A DNA stretch of 64,000 bases from an uncultured delta proteobacterium (GCA_963771465.1 CAVYTU010000017.1:416001-480000), one strand, 5' to 3'; numbered from the stretch's first letter, positions 10,001 to 20,763 are shown. Numbers and translations are program-made. The notes: a model not told the origin generated them from the letters alone.

Positions 10001-10561
10001 CTATGCTGGCACAAGGGCAGGCTCGCCGGGAGTTTCAAGCCCGTCACGTTCGCCGCGCCTCAGGTATTCGAAACTCGTAAAGGCGTTACGAATGCCGGCG
10101 ATCTCGCACACGGACCGTAGCAAATCGGACGCATACGTTACATTGGTGGCGTCTGCTAGGATTGACACCAGTCGCGCACGGTTCTCCGCATCACATACTT
10201 CCGCCAGCGCCTCGAGTTTGGTGGCTAGTTTGTCGCGTTCCTTGCCAGTCCGCTTTCGACCGACTCCGACCTTGAACCACGGCAGTTGTTTGCCATTACG
10301 AAAGAACATGAGGTAAAGGTCGTCTTCGTCCGACGATAGAAGGGGCAGTATAAGGCAATCGAGCTGGGCCGACAGCGTCTTCGATATCCGTTCCAACTCT
10401 GGCGTAAAGTTCGGGAATACCGCCAACCACTTATCAATTGGCTCTGTGACGTAGAACTGCAAACCAGCAGCCGCATTCGCCGCAGCGATTGACGCCAAAC
10501 ACGCGAGCGCTGTGTCACGGTCGGTCATCCGAAGTTGCAGCGATAAATAAAACGCACCCAT
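10001..10561 (-). CDS. Hypothetical protein
   Basis: 186-aa ATG-start ORF with plausible composition; no recognised motif. Confidence 0.6.
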   Translation of the reverse strand: MGAFYLSLQLRMTDRDTALACLASIAAANAAAGLQFYVTEPIDKWLAVFPNFTPELERISKTLSAQLDCLILPLLSSDEDDLYLMFFRNGKQLPWFKVGVGRKRTGKERDKLATKLEALAEVCDAENRARLVSILADATNVTYASDLLRSVCEIAGIRNAFTSFEYLRRGERDGLETPGEPALVPA

Positions 10562-10733
10562 TCGAGGAATCTCCCAGCAAAATTAGTGTTGCGGACAACT
10601 TGGAGTTGTCGAGCGCTGCCGTTGCCAATCACGATCGTCACCGAGCGCAACGCCTGAGCCGGCGGAACAACTCGCTTACCACAATCCGCATTGAAGCGCT
10701 TGTTGGTGGCCACTTGACCGCGGCAAGCAGCCG

Positions 10734-11025
10734 CTAGAGATCGGCGGCCAATTCACGCGTCAGTTGAGCGGCCGGCACTTCTTTGCATCCGCTGGCATTC
10801 TGCCCGCACCGGAGTGGCGAGAAATCGCCGGAGCCTTGGCTTTCAGCTTTGGCACGTAAAGGAGCGATGGCAGTCGTGGCTAAGGGAAAAGCGGGCGCCG
10901 CAATGCTGATCGGGCCAAGCTCTTTCATGATGCGGTTCATGATTCCGCGGGCGGGTCGGCCGGTGAAGAGGTTCGTGAGCGCCGTGTGGCAGGCAGTTCG
11001 CTCTTCAGCGCGGCACGATGCACTG
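10734..11025 (-). pseudogene. Nitronate monooxygenase (2-nitropropane dioxygenase family) C-terminal remnant
   Basis: TALTNLFTGRPARGIMNR..ELGP...AP.FPLA..A.APLR..AE..GSGDFSPL..GQ; frameshift near 10990 and no N-terminal part. Confidence 0.8.
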
Positions 11026-11450
11026 GGCTGGTGGTGGCGCCGAAGAGAATATCTTCGAGCCCCAGGCTCTCACTCGCGCCAGCAATTCAGCCGATGGCAA
11101 ACCAAAATGAAAACTTACTACAGCCGGCTTGAATTCGGCGAGCACATCGGCGGCTTCGGAACTGAAGGCTGCACGCCCCGGCCCGACGGATGATCGGTAG
11201 GTCTACGTCTACGAGTTGTTGCAAGGTCATGATTGGGATTCCGATTTGTTTCGCGCTCGGGGCACGAAGCCGCCATGGAGATTCTAAGGGTTAACTATTG
11301 GGTGCGATTTTTTCGCCGTCGTTGGCCGCATATCTGACAGAGAGGGCGAATTACCAGATTGGGTTGTGATAACTTGCTGGTTCGCAACGATGTCGGGCTT
11401 CACTAAACGAGTCATGCTGATCGCTGAGCGAATCAGCATGACGGTTTTTT

Positions 11451-13676
11451 TCAATGCGTGCCGAGTTTGGAGAATTCCCGGAAGGTGTTGGCGAAAGACG
11501 TGGTTAGGAAAAAATCCCGCGCCATGGCTCGGCCCCAGCGCAATGGGCGAATCGCCCATAACTTGAACTGTCGTAAGTTGCCCAGGCTCTCGCTCCAGAT
11601 GCGTTGAAGCTCTTGACGCGAATAGACCACACGATCGTTGATGGCGTCGTATTTGATCAGGCTAAGCTGAGCTTTCGACGGTAGCGAATCGCGTAGCCGG
11701 TTATAGGTGTCCTGCCACTCGTGAATGCGGTCGCTGAAACGAATGTTGTTTTGAATCTGCTGTATATCATCGAGCCATTTGCGCGTGGTCTCGGACTCGA
11801 CCAGCCGTAGTTCTTGGATGCTTTGGCGCAGGTGCTCCCATTGCTTTAAGAAGCGATTCAAATCGCCCCGGTTATAAAGGATCCGCGACGACAGATCGTC
11901 CAGCGGCGCGAGCAACGTTCTGGCCCGTTCAGGCAAGGTGTCCCTGGCGCTATTATAAATGTTTTGGATCTCGCCGATCCGTAACGCCTGCCAGATGTCA
12001 GATTGAGTTTTTTGGATTTGCTCCAGCCAGCGCTCTTCGGTCTCGCTTTTCTTGCGGGTTTGCAGCCAGACCTCTTCCATCTCTTTTAGAAACTTCGCCC
12101 ACGAGATCAACAGCGCGGCGATCTCTTTGGCGCGTTTCCAGTAATGCGCCGGGATCGCTTCGACCGCGTAGCCCGTTCGGCGCACCTTGCGGTCTTTCAA
12201 ACGGAAAAAGCCGGCGACCATCGGGTGCTGCTTCTCAATCAAGGCGGCGTTCTTATACCAGAAAAAGATCGACATTAGGTTCCAGTAATGTTTCGGACTG
12301 TCGGTCCACTTCGACAGCAACTTGATCATGTTCTCTTTGCTGTAGAAAGTTTTCCACGCTTCCTCGTAGGCTTCCGTCCATTCTTCGGCACTCATGAGTG
12401 GATGATTGATCGTCGGGTGGAAAGAGTCGCGCTTATTAAAATCCGGGTCCATCCAGTCGCCGCGTTTTTTCATTTCGCGGTGATCGTGCGAGCCGGGGAG
12501 CGGCGTGAGCATGAAAAAAGACGCTTGGTCCGGTTCCACTTCGTCCTTGAGGAACCGCATGTCTTCGGCGACTTGCTCTTTGGAGTCCCAGGGCAGGCCG
12601 ATGATGTAGCCGGTATGCACCAGCACTCCGGCGTCGTGCCATTCTTTAATGATGCCGCGATACTCTTCGACTTTATTTTGCTTTTTGTCCTCGGCTGCTA
12701 AGTTCTGCGGGTTGACGCTCTCCATGCCGATGAAAACTTGAGTGCAGCCTGCCTTAGCCGCGAGAGTGACAAAGTCTTTCGGCTTACGCGCCAGGTCGAC
12801 CTGCATCATGAAGGTTACGTCGAGTCCCTCTTCGCGCAGTTTGATGATTTCCTCGAACGTCTCGCGCCAGAGTTTCTTGCGCGCGAAGTTATCGTCGGTG
12901 AAGAAATAAAAGGACAAACCATTGTCGCGATAGTTGCGCCGCATCATGGTGGCGATGCTCTCGGGGCTGCGTTCGCGCATCTTGCGTCCCTGAACGTTGA
13001 TAATGGTGCAGAAGCTGCACGAGAACGGACAGCCGCGCGATGTGTCGGCGGTGGCAAAGCTTGGATAGGCGAAGTGCTCCATGGTTTTCGCGCTAGCTTT
13101 GGGCAGTGGCGCCGAGCCTATGTCGACCAAATTTTGCAGATCTTGGGCAAAGCTATAGAGCGGTTTTAGTTGACCGTGGAGGTAATCGGCGAGGATGCCG
13201 TCCCACTTACCTTCTACTTCGCCGGAAACCACGCAGATGCCTTCGTGAAACAATTCCTGGATGTCCGGCTCATCGACGCCGAGCATGTTGATCGTGCCGC
13301 TGGTGTGAAAGCCGCCGATGATGACGGTGATGTTTTCGGCCTTGAACTGTCTGGCCATGTCCAAGGCGCGCGGAAACTGATTGGTTTGTACGCCGACCAA
13401 ACAAACCAACAGCTTGGTGCCGTCTTGCTTGCTCCAGCGAATGATTTTTTTGACTGGGACTTTCTCAGCGGTCTCGTCGAAGGTGGTAACTTGGATGGGC
13501 AGCGTGCCGAACACGCGTCGCTCTCTGATATCTTCGGTGAGGCCGTGCAACACGTTGAGCGTATTGCTCGGCAACACACCTTTCCAAAATCGGATCAGGT
13601 AGCCATCGTCGTCGTACTTCGAGGGCTTGATCAATACGATGTGGAATTTATCGATGCGTTCCAGCGTCGCTACCAT
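11451..13676 (-). CDS. B12-binding-domain radical SAM protein with long helical C-terminal extension
   Basis: SRGCPFSCSFC cluster motif, FFTDDNF, FIGMES, YIIGLP.D, LTPLPGS; N-terminal PSKYDDDGY and IIGGFH. Confidence 0.9.
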   Translation of the reverse strand: MVATLERIDKFHIVLIKPSKYDDDGYLIRFWKGVLPSNTLNVLHGLTEDIRERRVFGTLPIQVTTFDETAEKVPVKKIIRWSKQDGTKLLVCLVGVQTNQFPRALDMARQFKAENITVIIGGFHTSGTINMLGVDEPDIQELFHEGICVVSGEVEGKWDGILADYLHGQLKPLYSFAQDLQNLVDIGSAPLPKASAKTMEHFAYPSFATADTSRGCPFSCSFCTIINVQGRKMRERSPESIATMMRRNYRDNGLSFYFFTDDNFARKKLWRETFEEIIKLREEGLDVTFMMQVDLARKPKDFVTLAAKAGCTQVFIGMESVNPQNLAAEDKKQNKVEEYRGIIKEWHDAGVLVHTGYIIGLPWDSKEQVAEDMRFLKDEVEPDQASFFMLTPLPGSHDHREMKKRGDWMDPDFNKRDSFHPTINHPLMSAEEWTEAYEEAWKTFYSKENMIKLLSKWTDSPKHYWNLMSIFFWYKNAALIEKQHPMVAGFFRLKDRKVRRTGYAVEAIPAHYWKRAKEIAALLISWAKFLKEMEEVWLQTRKKSETEERWLEQIQKTQSDIWQALRIGEIQNIYNSARDTLPERARTLLAPLDDLSSRILYNRGDLNRFLKQWEHLRQSIQELRLVESETTRKWLDDIQQIQNNIRFSDRIHEWQDTYNRLRDSLPSKAQLSLIKYDAINDRVVYSRQELQRIWSESLGNLRQFKLWAIRPLRWGRAMARDFFLTTSFANTFREFSKLGTH

Positions 13677-13760
13677 GGCATCCCTCCGCTAGCTTGCGTC
13701 CAGGCTTGTAAGTCGCGGCACCGTCTTTTATAAGTGAGGTGCGAGTTTTCAGCCCCGGCA

Positions 13761-13789
13761 AATCTAACAACCAGGGTTATCCGTGTCAA
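13761..13789 (-). promoter_or_regulatory. Putative sigma70 promoter for the radical SAM gene
   Basis: Minus strand TTGACA-17 nt-TAGATT. Confidence 0.55.
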
Positions 13790-13840
13790 GTAAGAAATTC
13801 AAATAAGTTCTTAATCTAACTGCGGAATTTTGCAGTTTCA

Positions 13841-14530
13841 ATGATCCAATTCGAGCACGTCGGGAAAACCTATCCACCTAACTATCGCGCTCTTTGCGAT
13901 ATCAATCTCGAAATTGACCGCGGCGAGTTTGTTTACCTAGTCGGCGCTAGCGGCGCGGGTAAATCGACGTTTCTCAAGCTGCTGTTTTGCGCTGAGGAAC
14001 CGAGCGCGGGAGAAATTCGCCTCAACGGAGAGAACATCGGCAAACTCAAAAGGCGCGGCGTCGCCGCGCTCCGGCGAAAAATCGGCTTGGTGTTCCAAGA
14101 GTTCAAACTGTTAACCAACTTAACGGTTGTCGATAACGTCGCTCTAGCGGCCGAGGTGACCGGCGCGTCGCAAAAAGATAGCCGAAGCAAAGCGGTAAGT
14201 CTTCTCCGGGAATTGGGAATCGACCACCGCCACCATGACATGCCGTTGGCGCTTTCGGGCGGCGAGCAGCAGCGCGTCGCCATCGCCCGGGCGCTGATTA
14301 ACGATCCGATCTTGGTTCTTGCCGATGAGCCGACGGGTAATCTCGACGCCGCAGTCGCCGACGAGACCATGCGGCTATTTGCCAAGATTCGCGCGCGCGG
14401 CGCGACGATCATTCTGGCGACCCACGATCTTAAACTGGTTAACCGCTACGGCACGCGCGTCATCTCGTTGCGGCACGGTGAATTAGTCGACGACCTCAGC
14501 CGGGTCGACGCCGGAGACGGCGCTCAGTGA
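13841..14530 (+). CDS. ftsE: Cell division ATP-binding protein FtsE
   Basis: GASGAGKST Walker [24 protein letters not shown]; upstream of ftsX and envC. Confidence 0.93.
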   Translation: MIQFEHVGKTYPPNYRALCDINLEIDRGEFVYLVGASGAGKSTFLKLLFCAEEPSAGEIRLNGENIGKLKRRGVAALRRKIGLVFQEFKLLTNLTVVDNVALAAEVTGASQKDSRSKAVSLLRELGIDHRHHDMPLALSGGEQQRVAIARALINDPILVLADEPTGNLDAAVADETMRLFAKIRARGATIILATHDLKLVNRYGTRVISLRHGELVDDLSRVDAGDGAQ

Positions 14531-15429
14531 AATTGTCGCTGCTTGGTTTCACTCTGCGGTGGGTTGGCAACAGTCTGCGTCGACTTATTTGGAGTTATGT
14601 GCTGGCGACGGCGACAATGGCGGTGGCGCTATTTGTCTTCGGCGCGTTCTTGCTTTTGCAATCCAATTTGGACCAATTGCTCAGACAATGGAGCGAGCAG
14701 ATTCAGATAACTATTTACTTGAATAAAGAGTTGGTCGCGGCAGACATCGAAAGCTTGCGTCAGCGCTTAGCGAGCCTGCCTGAGGTGGCTGGGGTACGCT
14801 ATACTAGTTCGGAGCAGGCTTGGCGTGAGTTTCAGGGCGCTTTGGGCAAGCAGTCCGCGCTGCTCGACGGCTTACCGCGCGACCTTTTACCGGCTTCTTT
14901 CGACATCGCGCTTAAGCCGGCCCATCGTGACGAGCCGGTCGTGGAGGAACTCGCTGAGCGCCTGCGCAAAGAAAAAGCGATTACCAGCGTTGAATACCCA
15001 AAAGAGTGGGTCGAACGGTTGGCGATGATCGTGCTCGCGGTCCAATCGGCCAAATGGATTTTTGGCGGCCTGATGTTTGTGGTGACTTTTGTCATTGTCA
15101 GCGGTACGGTTAAGCTAGCGCTGGTGGCGCGCCGGGATGAGATCGAGATCATGCAGTTGGTCGGTGCCAGCGAAGAATTGATTCAAGCGCCGTTCGTGAT
15201 TGACGGTATGATTCAGGGACTTACCGGCGGCGTGATTTCGATCGCCGCACTGTGGGGCGTGTTTGCGCTGGTACGGAGCGAAATGCCGACCTTGGCCGTT
15301 TTCCTGGCGCCACGCGCCGAACCGCAGTTTTTGGACGGCGGGACTATTTTGCTCGTTATAGCGATGGGCTTGTTATTGGGAGCGTCGGGTAGTTTATTTT
15401 CGCTTAGGAGATTTATCCAGACATGGTAG
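14527..15429 (+). CDS. ftsX: Cell division permease FtsX
   Basis: 4-TM layout, LLPASF, RRDEIEIMQLVGAS...I..PF..DG. Confidence 0.92.
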   Translation: MKLSLLGFTLRWVGNSLRRLIWSYVLATATMAVALFVFGAFLLLQSNLDQLLRQWSEQIQITIYLNKELVAADIESLRQRLASLPEVAGVRYTSSEQAWREFQGALGKQSALLDGLPRDLLPASFDIALKPAHRDEPVVEELAERLRKEKAITSVEYPKEWVERLAMIVLAVQSAKWIFGGLMFVVTFVIVSGTVKLALVARRDEIEIMQLVGASEELIQAPFVIDGMIQGLTGGVISIAALWGVFALVRSEMPTLAVFLAPRAEPQFLDGGTILLVIAMGLLLGASGSLFSLRRFIQTW

Positions 15430-16577
15430 TGGTTAGGCGGCGCAAACTGAAGTCGAGCTTGGTTTGGTTGGCGGCGCTACCGTGGCTCGTAGGCGCAGCC
15501 GCGGTCGATCGCGATCTCGAAGGCATCAGGAAAAAAATCGACAGCGAAAAAAAAGAACTGTCCGAGCTCAAGGCGAAGGAAGGCTCGGTACGCCAATCAT
15601 TGGGCAAGATCGAAAGCGACCTCAAACAGCGCAGCCGCGAGCTCAAAACCGCCAGCGCCAAGTTGACCCTGCTCGGGCGTGAAGTCGAAAATAAGCGAGC
15701 CGAAGCCGCACGGCTCGACCGCACCCTTACCGAGCGCCAGGATGTGCTTTCTAAGCGTGCTCTAGCGCTCTATCGTTGGCAGCGCGGCGGCAGTGTATTG
15801 GCGTTGCTTCACGGCGCAGAATCGTTGCGCGAATTGACGCAACGCAAGCATTACCTTCAAGTCGCGCTTTCATTCGATCAAGACTTGCTCGCGCAAATGC
15901 GCCAAGAAAGCGAACGGCAAGCGGTCGTGCGCCGAGAGCTGGCGGACAAACACGCTGAGTTGGAAAACCAGAAGCAGGTGCTCGGCGCGGCCCAAGAAGC
16001 TGTGCGTCAGGAGGCCGAGAAGAAAAAAGTCTTGCTCGCTAGCCTGGGCCAGGAAAAAGCAGTGCGCCAGCGCGCGCTCCGCGATATGGAAGCAGCGGCG
16101 CAGCGTTTGGCGCGCATGCTCAACGATCTGTCGCGCCGCGCTGTGGTGAAACCGGGCGATCCGCCGCCGCCGGCGTCCACTGGACGCGGTCTTGACCCGG
16201 AGCGTGGCCGCCTTGAGTGGCCGGTCCGAGGCGACGTAAGCGCCCCGTACGGCAAATTCAAACACCCGGAGTTCGCCGCCGAGATCGTCCGCAAAGGTAT
16301 CGATATCGATGCGCCGGCGGGCGATGCGGTCAAGGCGGTGGAGCGCGGCCGGGTTGCCTATGCCGACCCATTTGCCGGCTACGGTAACATGATCATCGTC
16401 GACCATGGCGAGCGCTTTTATACGGTGTACGGCCATTTGGCCCAGCTACTGAAGAAAAAAGGCGACGAGGTGCGCCGCGGTGAACCGCTGGGCCGGGTCG
16501 GCGAGGGCGATATTTATTTTGAAATGCGCAAGGATGGCCACTCTGTGGACCCCCTCGCCTGGCTGATGAAGCAATAG
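15423..16577 (+). CDS. envC: Murein hydrolase activator EnvC (coiled coil + degenerate M23)
   Basis: Long coiled coil, LEWPVRG, GIDI.AP.G, GYGNMIIVDHG, YFEMRK. Confidence 0.88.
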   Translation: MVVVRRRKLKSSLVWLAALPWLVGAAAVDRDLEGIRKKIDSEKKELSELKAKEGSVRQSLGKIESDLKQRSRELKTASAKLTLLGREVENKRAEAARLDRTLTERQDVLSKRALALYRWQRGGSVLALLHGAESLRELTQRKHYLQVALSFDQDLLAQMRQESERQAVVRRELADKHAELENQKQVLGAAQEAVRQEAEKKKVLLASLGQEKAVRQRALRDMEAAAQRLARMLNDLSRRAVVKPGDPPPPASTGRGLDPERGRLEWPVRGDVSAPYGKFKHPEFAAEIVRKGIDIDAPAGDAVKAVERGRVAYADPFAGYGNMIIVDHGERFYTVYGHLAQLLKKKGDEVRRGEPLGRVGEGDIYFEMRKDGHSVDPLAWLMKQ

Positions 16578-16641
16578 CTTTTGTTGGATTGTTGGGTTAG
16601 ACTTATCTGGTCGATGTTCTTAAGCGACAAGGAGATGCGCG

Positions 16642-18003
16642 ATGCGAATCGTACGTAGACATGGCACCCCGTTACTTTTATTGATCGTCGGCATGGCATT
16701 AGGCTTTTTTCTGTCGGGCCATTGGGTACCGAACGTCGCCGCCGTTGGGCGGCAGGATTATGAAAGCCTCGAGGCGTTCAGCAATATACTTTCAATCGTC
16801 AAGAAGAACTATGTCGAGGACATAGAGACCAAAACTCTTGTCAATGGCGCGATTAATGGCATGCTCACTTCCCTCGACCCGCATAGCGCCTATCTGACGC
16901 CGGAACTCTACAAAGACTTGCAAAGCGATACTCAAGGTCGCTTTGGCGGTTTGGGCATTGAGATCACCGTCAAGGGCGGAATCTTAACCGTCGTTTCGCC
17001 CATCGAAGATACGCCTGCGGCCAAGGCCGGCATCAAACCGGGCGATCAGATTTTTAAGATAGAAGACGAATTCACCAAAGACATGTCGCTGGTCGACGCG
17101 GTCAAAAAAATGCGCGGCCTCAGGGGCACCAAGATCAATCTGACGATCCGCCGTGAAGGGGCCAACGAGTTAATAGATTTTACCTTGGTGCGCGATGTCA
17201 TTCGCGTGCAGAGCGTTCGCAGTCGCACTCTCGAGCCAGGCTATGGTTACGTTCGTCTTGCCCAGTTTCAGGAGCGTAGCGACCGCGATCTCCAGAGGGC
17301 ACTGGAAAAAATAGTCGCGGAAAAGAGCGGCCTGAAAGGGTTAGTGCTCGATCTCAGAAACAATCCGGGCGGCCTGCTGACCCAAGCGGTCAGAGTTTCG
17401 GATATGTTTTTGGACTCCGGCCTGATCGTTTATACCGAAGGCCGCATCGAGGCGCAAAAGCAAAAATACTTCGCCCAGAAAGATAACACCTCGCAGGAGT
17501 ATCCAATCGTTGTCCTGGTCAACGGCGGCAGCGCTAGCGCCTCGGAAATCGTCGCCGGCGCATTACAGGACCATAAGCGCGCAGTCGTGCTCGGCACGAA
17601 AACTTTCGGTAAAGGATCGGTGCAAACCATTTTGCCGCTGGATGACAATTCGGCGTTGCGCCTAACCACGGCGCGTTACTTTACGCCCAAGGGTCGTTCG
17701 ATTCAGGCCACGGGCATCGTGCCGGATATCATTGTCGAGGCAGTGGCGACGCAAGATGGCAAACCCGACGAACGCAAACGGTCGGGGCTGCGCGAAGAGA
17801 ACTTGCCGGGCCACCTGTCTAACCCGCAGCAGAATGGTAACTCGCAGCAAGAGCAGATCGACCGGGAGAAAGAAAAGCAGATCCCGACCACCGCCCCCAC
17901 CGGCGATGAAACCATCGACAATGATCAGCAGCTCAAGCGCGCTCTCGACTTGCTCAAGAGCTGGGACGTTTTTAAGCTAGTGGTGCAGAAAAAAGCCGCG
18001 TGA
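16642..18003 (+). CDS. ctpA: Carboxyl-terminal processing protease, S41 family
   Basis: LDPHSAY, FGGLGIEI PDZ, LDLRNNPGGLL, SASASEIVAGALQD, TFGKGSVQ. Confidence 0.95.
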   Translation: MRIVRRHGTPLLLLIVGMALGFFLSGHWVPNVAAVGRQDYESLEAFSNILSIVKKNYVEDIETKTLVNGAINGMLTSLDPHSAYLTPELYKDLQSDTQGRFGGLGIEITVKGGILTVVSPIEDTPAAKAGIKPGDQIFKIEDEFTKDMSLVDAVKKMRGLRGTKINLTIRREGANELIDFTLVRDVIRVQSVRSRTLEPGYGYVRLAQFQERSDRDLQRALEKIVAEKSGLKGLVLDLRNNPGGLLTQAVRVSDMFLDSGLIVYTEGRIEAQKQKYFAQKDNTSQEYPIVVLVNGGSASASEIVAGALQDHKRAVVLGTKTFGKGSVQTILPLDDNSALRLTTARYFTPKGRSIQATGIVPDIIVEAVATQDGKPDERKRSGLREENLPGHLSNPQQNGNSQQEQIDREKEKQIPTTAPTGDETIDNDQQLKRALDLLKSWDVFKLVVQKKAA

Positions 18004-18031
18004 GATTTTATCTACTGTTCGTTCACCACCC

Positions 18032-18061
18032 AAAAAAGCCCTCCACTAGGAGGGCTTTTTT
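18032..18061. terminator. Bidirectional rho-independent terminator
   Basis: AAAAAA-GCCCTCC-ACTA-GGAGGGC-TTTTTT between convergent genes. Confidence 0.9.
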
Positions 18062-18138
18062 AGTTAAGCCGTAGGGCGCCGAGACCAGGAATAATGAAGA
18101 CCCTATTTGCTGAGCGCTGGGCCTTAGGTAATAAAACT

Positions 18139-18534
18139 TTAGGTCTCTTTGGCAAACGATAATTCCCAGCGGTTGCCGTCGGGGTCGAAGACGTTGATCG
18201 AGTAATTATCCGTGCCGCGGTGCGGGCGTATTTTTTCCACCATAGCGCCGTTGTCCTGCAGCGCTTTCAGCGCTTGGTCTTTTTCTTGCCAAGGAATATT
18301 GAGTGTGTGGTGCGGGTCGGCCGCGCGCGGTCCTTTCGAAGCGTCAAAGATGTGCACTTCAAAATTGCCCAGGCGCACGTCGACTTCTTTAACTTGGCCT
18401 GCTTTGAGTTGCTCTTCCGTCGGCTCGACAGTTTTGACGATCTTGCCACCGACAATCTTGGTATAGAATTGCACCGATTTGTTAAGGTCCTTGGCGCTCA
18501 TGGCGAAAGTTCTGATGCCTTTGATTTCGAACAT
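18139..18534 (-). CDS. VOC (glyoxalase-like) family protein
   Basis: DLNKSVQFY..IVG, H.TL, FDPDGNRWEL. Confidence 0.88.
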   Translation of the reverse strand: MFEIKGIRTFAMSAKDLNKSVQFYTKIVGGKIVKTVEPTEEQLKAGQVKEVDVRLGNFEVHIFDASKGPRAADPHHTLNIPWQEKDQALKALQDNGAMVEKIRPHRGTDNYSINVFDPDGNRWELSFAKET

Positions 18535-18604
18535 GGGGACCTCCTTGATTACGATCTCACGTTATTAGCGGCAAGTAGTGGGTGTCAAATAATGGCGTCA
18601 CAGT

Positions 18605-19636
18605 TTATTGCTCCATGAGCGTCTTTACCCGCGCCACTACTTCCGGCGGCTGCGACATCACTTGTCTGGCCAGTGCTTCAAGCTCTTCACCGGTCGACGG
18701 CGTGATGTCGAAATTTTTTCGTTTAGCTTCGGTCAAGAGATCGGGATCCTTCATGGTCTTTAGAAATGCGTCGCGCAGGACTCTCGTGCGCTCCGCAGGG
18801 ACTCCTGGTGGCGCGACAATCGGACGGCCGAAATCAGTCGCGGCGAGCACCATCGGTACCAAGCGGCGCTCTGATTCAGAGGTTTTATGCTCGTCCATGA
18901 GTTCGCGAAGAGTGGGCACATCCGCCAATCGCGGATCTCGTGTTTGGCCGGTCTGCATCAAAATACGCGCGAAACTCTTCTTGCGCCAGGTGTGGTACGG
19001 TTCACGGGAATGATAGGCTTGAATGGTGAAAGCGCGACAGTGCAGCTCGCCCCGCTCAACGGCCAGATCGATCTCGCCTCCTCCCTGGTAGCCCGCAACG
19101 ATGGTAAATTTAGTACCCAGCGTTTCTTCCAACAATTTTGGCATGTAGCTGCCTGAGGTGCCGGCTCCGGTGGAACCGCATTTGGGCGGTTCTTTAGCTT
19201 TTCGAACGTCGGCCAAGCTTTTGTACGGCAGATCGGCGCGCATGTAGAGAAGGTAATCCGATTTGTCTGAACTGCCGATCCAGGTGAACTTAACCCAATC
19301 GTACCTCACTTCTTTTTGTTTCAAGAGCTGGTTGAAATAGATCGACGGCTGAATCGCGCCAATCGTTAGCCCGTCGGGCTTAGAAACGTTATACAAATAA
19401 TTGGTGCCGATAATCGATCCCGCGCCCGGCATATTTTGTACGATGAAGTTGGGATTGCCGGGAATATGTTTGCCCATGAATTGCGCCATGAGACGGGCGT
19501 AAAGATCGTAAGCGCTGCCGGCGCTGGCGGCAGCGATGACGGTGATCGTCTTGCCTTGATAGAATGGGTTCTGCGCAAATAATTCCGCGCTCCAGAGAAG
19601 CATCCCGGCTAATAGCAGATTTGTCTTCATACGCAT
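18605..19636 (-). CDS. Bug/TctC-family tripartite tricarboxylate transporter substrate-binding protein
   Basis: Signal peptide, FYQGKTITVI, D.YARL...HIPGNP..IVQNMPGAG, PDGLTI, GYQGG. Confidence 0.9.
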   Translation of the reverse strand: MRMKTNLLLAGMLLWSAELFAQNPFYQGKTITVIAAASAGSAYDLYARLMAQFMGKHIPGNPNFIVQNMPGAGSIIGTNYLYNVSKPDGLTIGAIQPSIYFNQLLKQKEVRYDWVKFTWIGSSDKSDYLLYMRADLPYKSLADVRKAKEPPKCGSTGAGTSGSYMPKLLEETLGTKFTIVAGYQGGGEIDLAVERGELHCRAFTIQAYHSREPYHTWRKKSFARILMQTGQTRDPRLADVPTLRELMDEHKTSESERRLVPMVLAATDFGRPIVAPPGVPAERTRVLRDAFLKTMKDPDLLTEAKRKNFDITPSTGEELEALARQVMSQPPEVVARVKTLMEQ

Positions 19637-19647
19637 CTATTCTCAGA

Positions 19648-20763
19648 TCAATTCAATCCGTAAAACCGCTTCGGATTCTTGCTCATGATTTGTTCAGCCA
19701 GTCCCTCAGATAAATCCTCTCGCGTTTGCATCGTCTGCACCAGCACCTTTTCTTCCGCCGGATCGTTGTGGCCGTAGTCGGAGCCGATAAGTAAATTATC
19801 TGCGCCGATGTATTCGGCCAAGTAGGGAATGTCTTCGTCGGCTTCGCAGGCGACATAGATGCGATAGTCGCGGAAAAGATCCTTGCATGACGCGTGTTTC
19901 CAGCGCGCGTTGGGAAAGCTTGGGCGTGGGCGGGCGGAACGTTTCAGATGATGATAGAGAAACGGCACCCAGCTGGCCGAGACCTCCAGGAAGCCAAATT
20001 TCAAGGCTGGGAACTTTTCCGGAATCTCGCCGGCGACGAGATCGCGGAATCCAATGATCGGCGGCAGATGTGAAGCCGCGAAGGTGCCGTTCAATTCCAG
20101 ATCGAAAAAATCGAGCAGGTGCCGGCAGCTCTGTCCGGTGTGGATACAGATGGGCAGGCCGAGCTTTTCAGCTTCGGCGTAGATGGGAAAGAAGTGCGGA
20201 TTGTTGAGCGTCAGCGAGCCGACGATGCCGCTGAAGAAGATTCCCACCGCGCCGTTCTGCTTGGCTTCGTGCATTTGCTTGATCGATTCATCAATAGATT
20301 TTAACGGCAGAACCGTTACCCACCGGAGTCGATTGTTGGAGTTGCGATAAACCTCGCCAAGGAACTTGTTGTAAGCGCCGCACAATGCAATTTCTAAGTT
20401 CACATCGTCGGTAATGTGGATGAGAAAAAGTGTCGGGTAGATCACTTGAGTTTCGACGCCGGCTTTGTCCATGTCGGCGAGACGGGCAGCGACGTCGGTA
20501 ATCTCGCGGCAGCCGAGGCTGATATCGGTTCTTCCCGCTTCGCGCTTCGATGCCGTCGGCGTGATAATCCGAAAGCCGCCTTTGCCCGACGCTTTGGGAA
20601 AAATGTTGCCGTCGATGAGCCACAGGACGTTGAAATCGCGATAGAGCGTGTCATCCGGCGCCGAGACCATCACCGGCCGGCGCTGATACATGCTCGGATC
20701 AAAATATTTCCACATGCTCTCGGACTCGGCGATGTGAGTGTCGGCGTCGATGATGCCCGGCAT
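19648..20763 (-). CDS. Amidohydrolase_2 family protein
   Basis: IDADTH, QVIYPT, PICIH, FLE, GSDYGHND, NP.RFY. Confidence 0.92.
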   Translation of the reverse strand: MPGIIDADTHIAESESMWKYFDPSMYQRRPVMVSAPDDTLYRDFNVLWLIDGNIFPKASGKGGFRIITPTASKREAGRTDISLGCREITDVAARLADMDKAGVETQVIYPTLFLIHITDDVNLEIALCGAYNKFLGEVYRNSNNRLRWVTVLPLKSIDESIKQMHEAKQNGAVGIFFSGIVGSLTLNNPHFFPIYAEAEKLGLPICIHTGQSCRHLLDFFDLELNGTFAASHLPPIIGFRDLVAGEIPEKFPALKFGFLEVSASWVPFLYHHLKRSARPRPSFPNARWKHASCKDLFRDYRIYVACEADEDIPYLAEYIGADNLLIGSDYGHNDPAEEKVLVQTMQTREDLSEGLAEQIMSKNPKRFYGLN

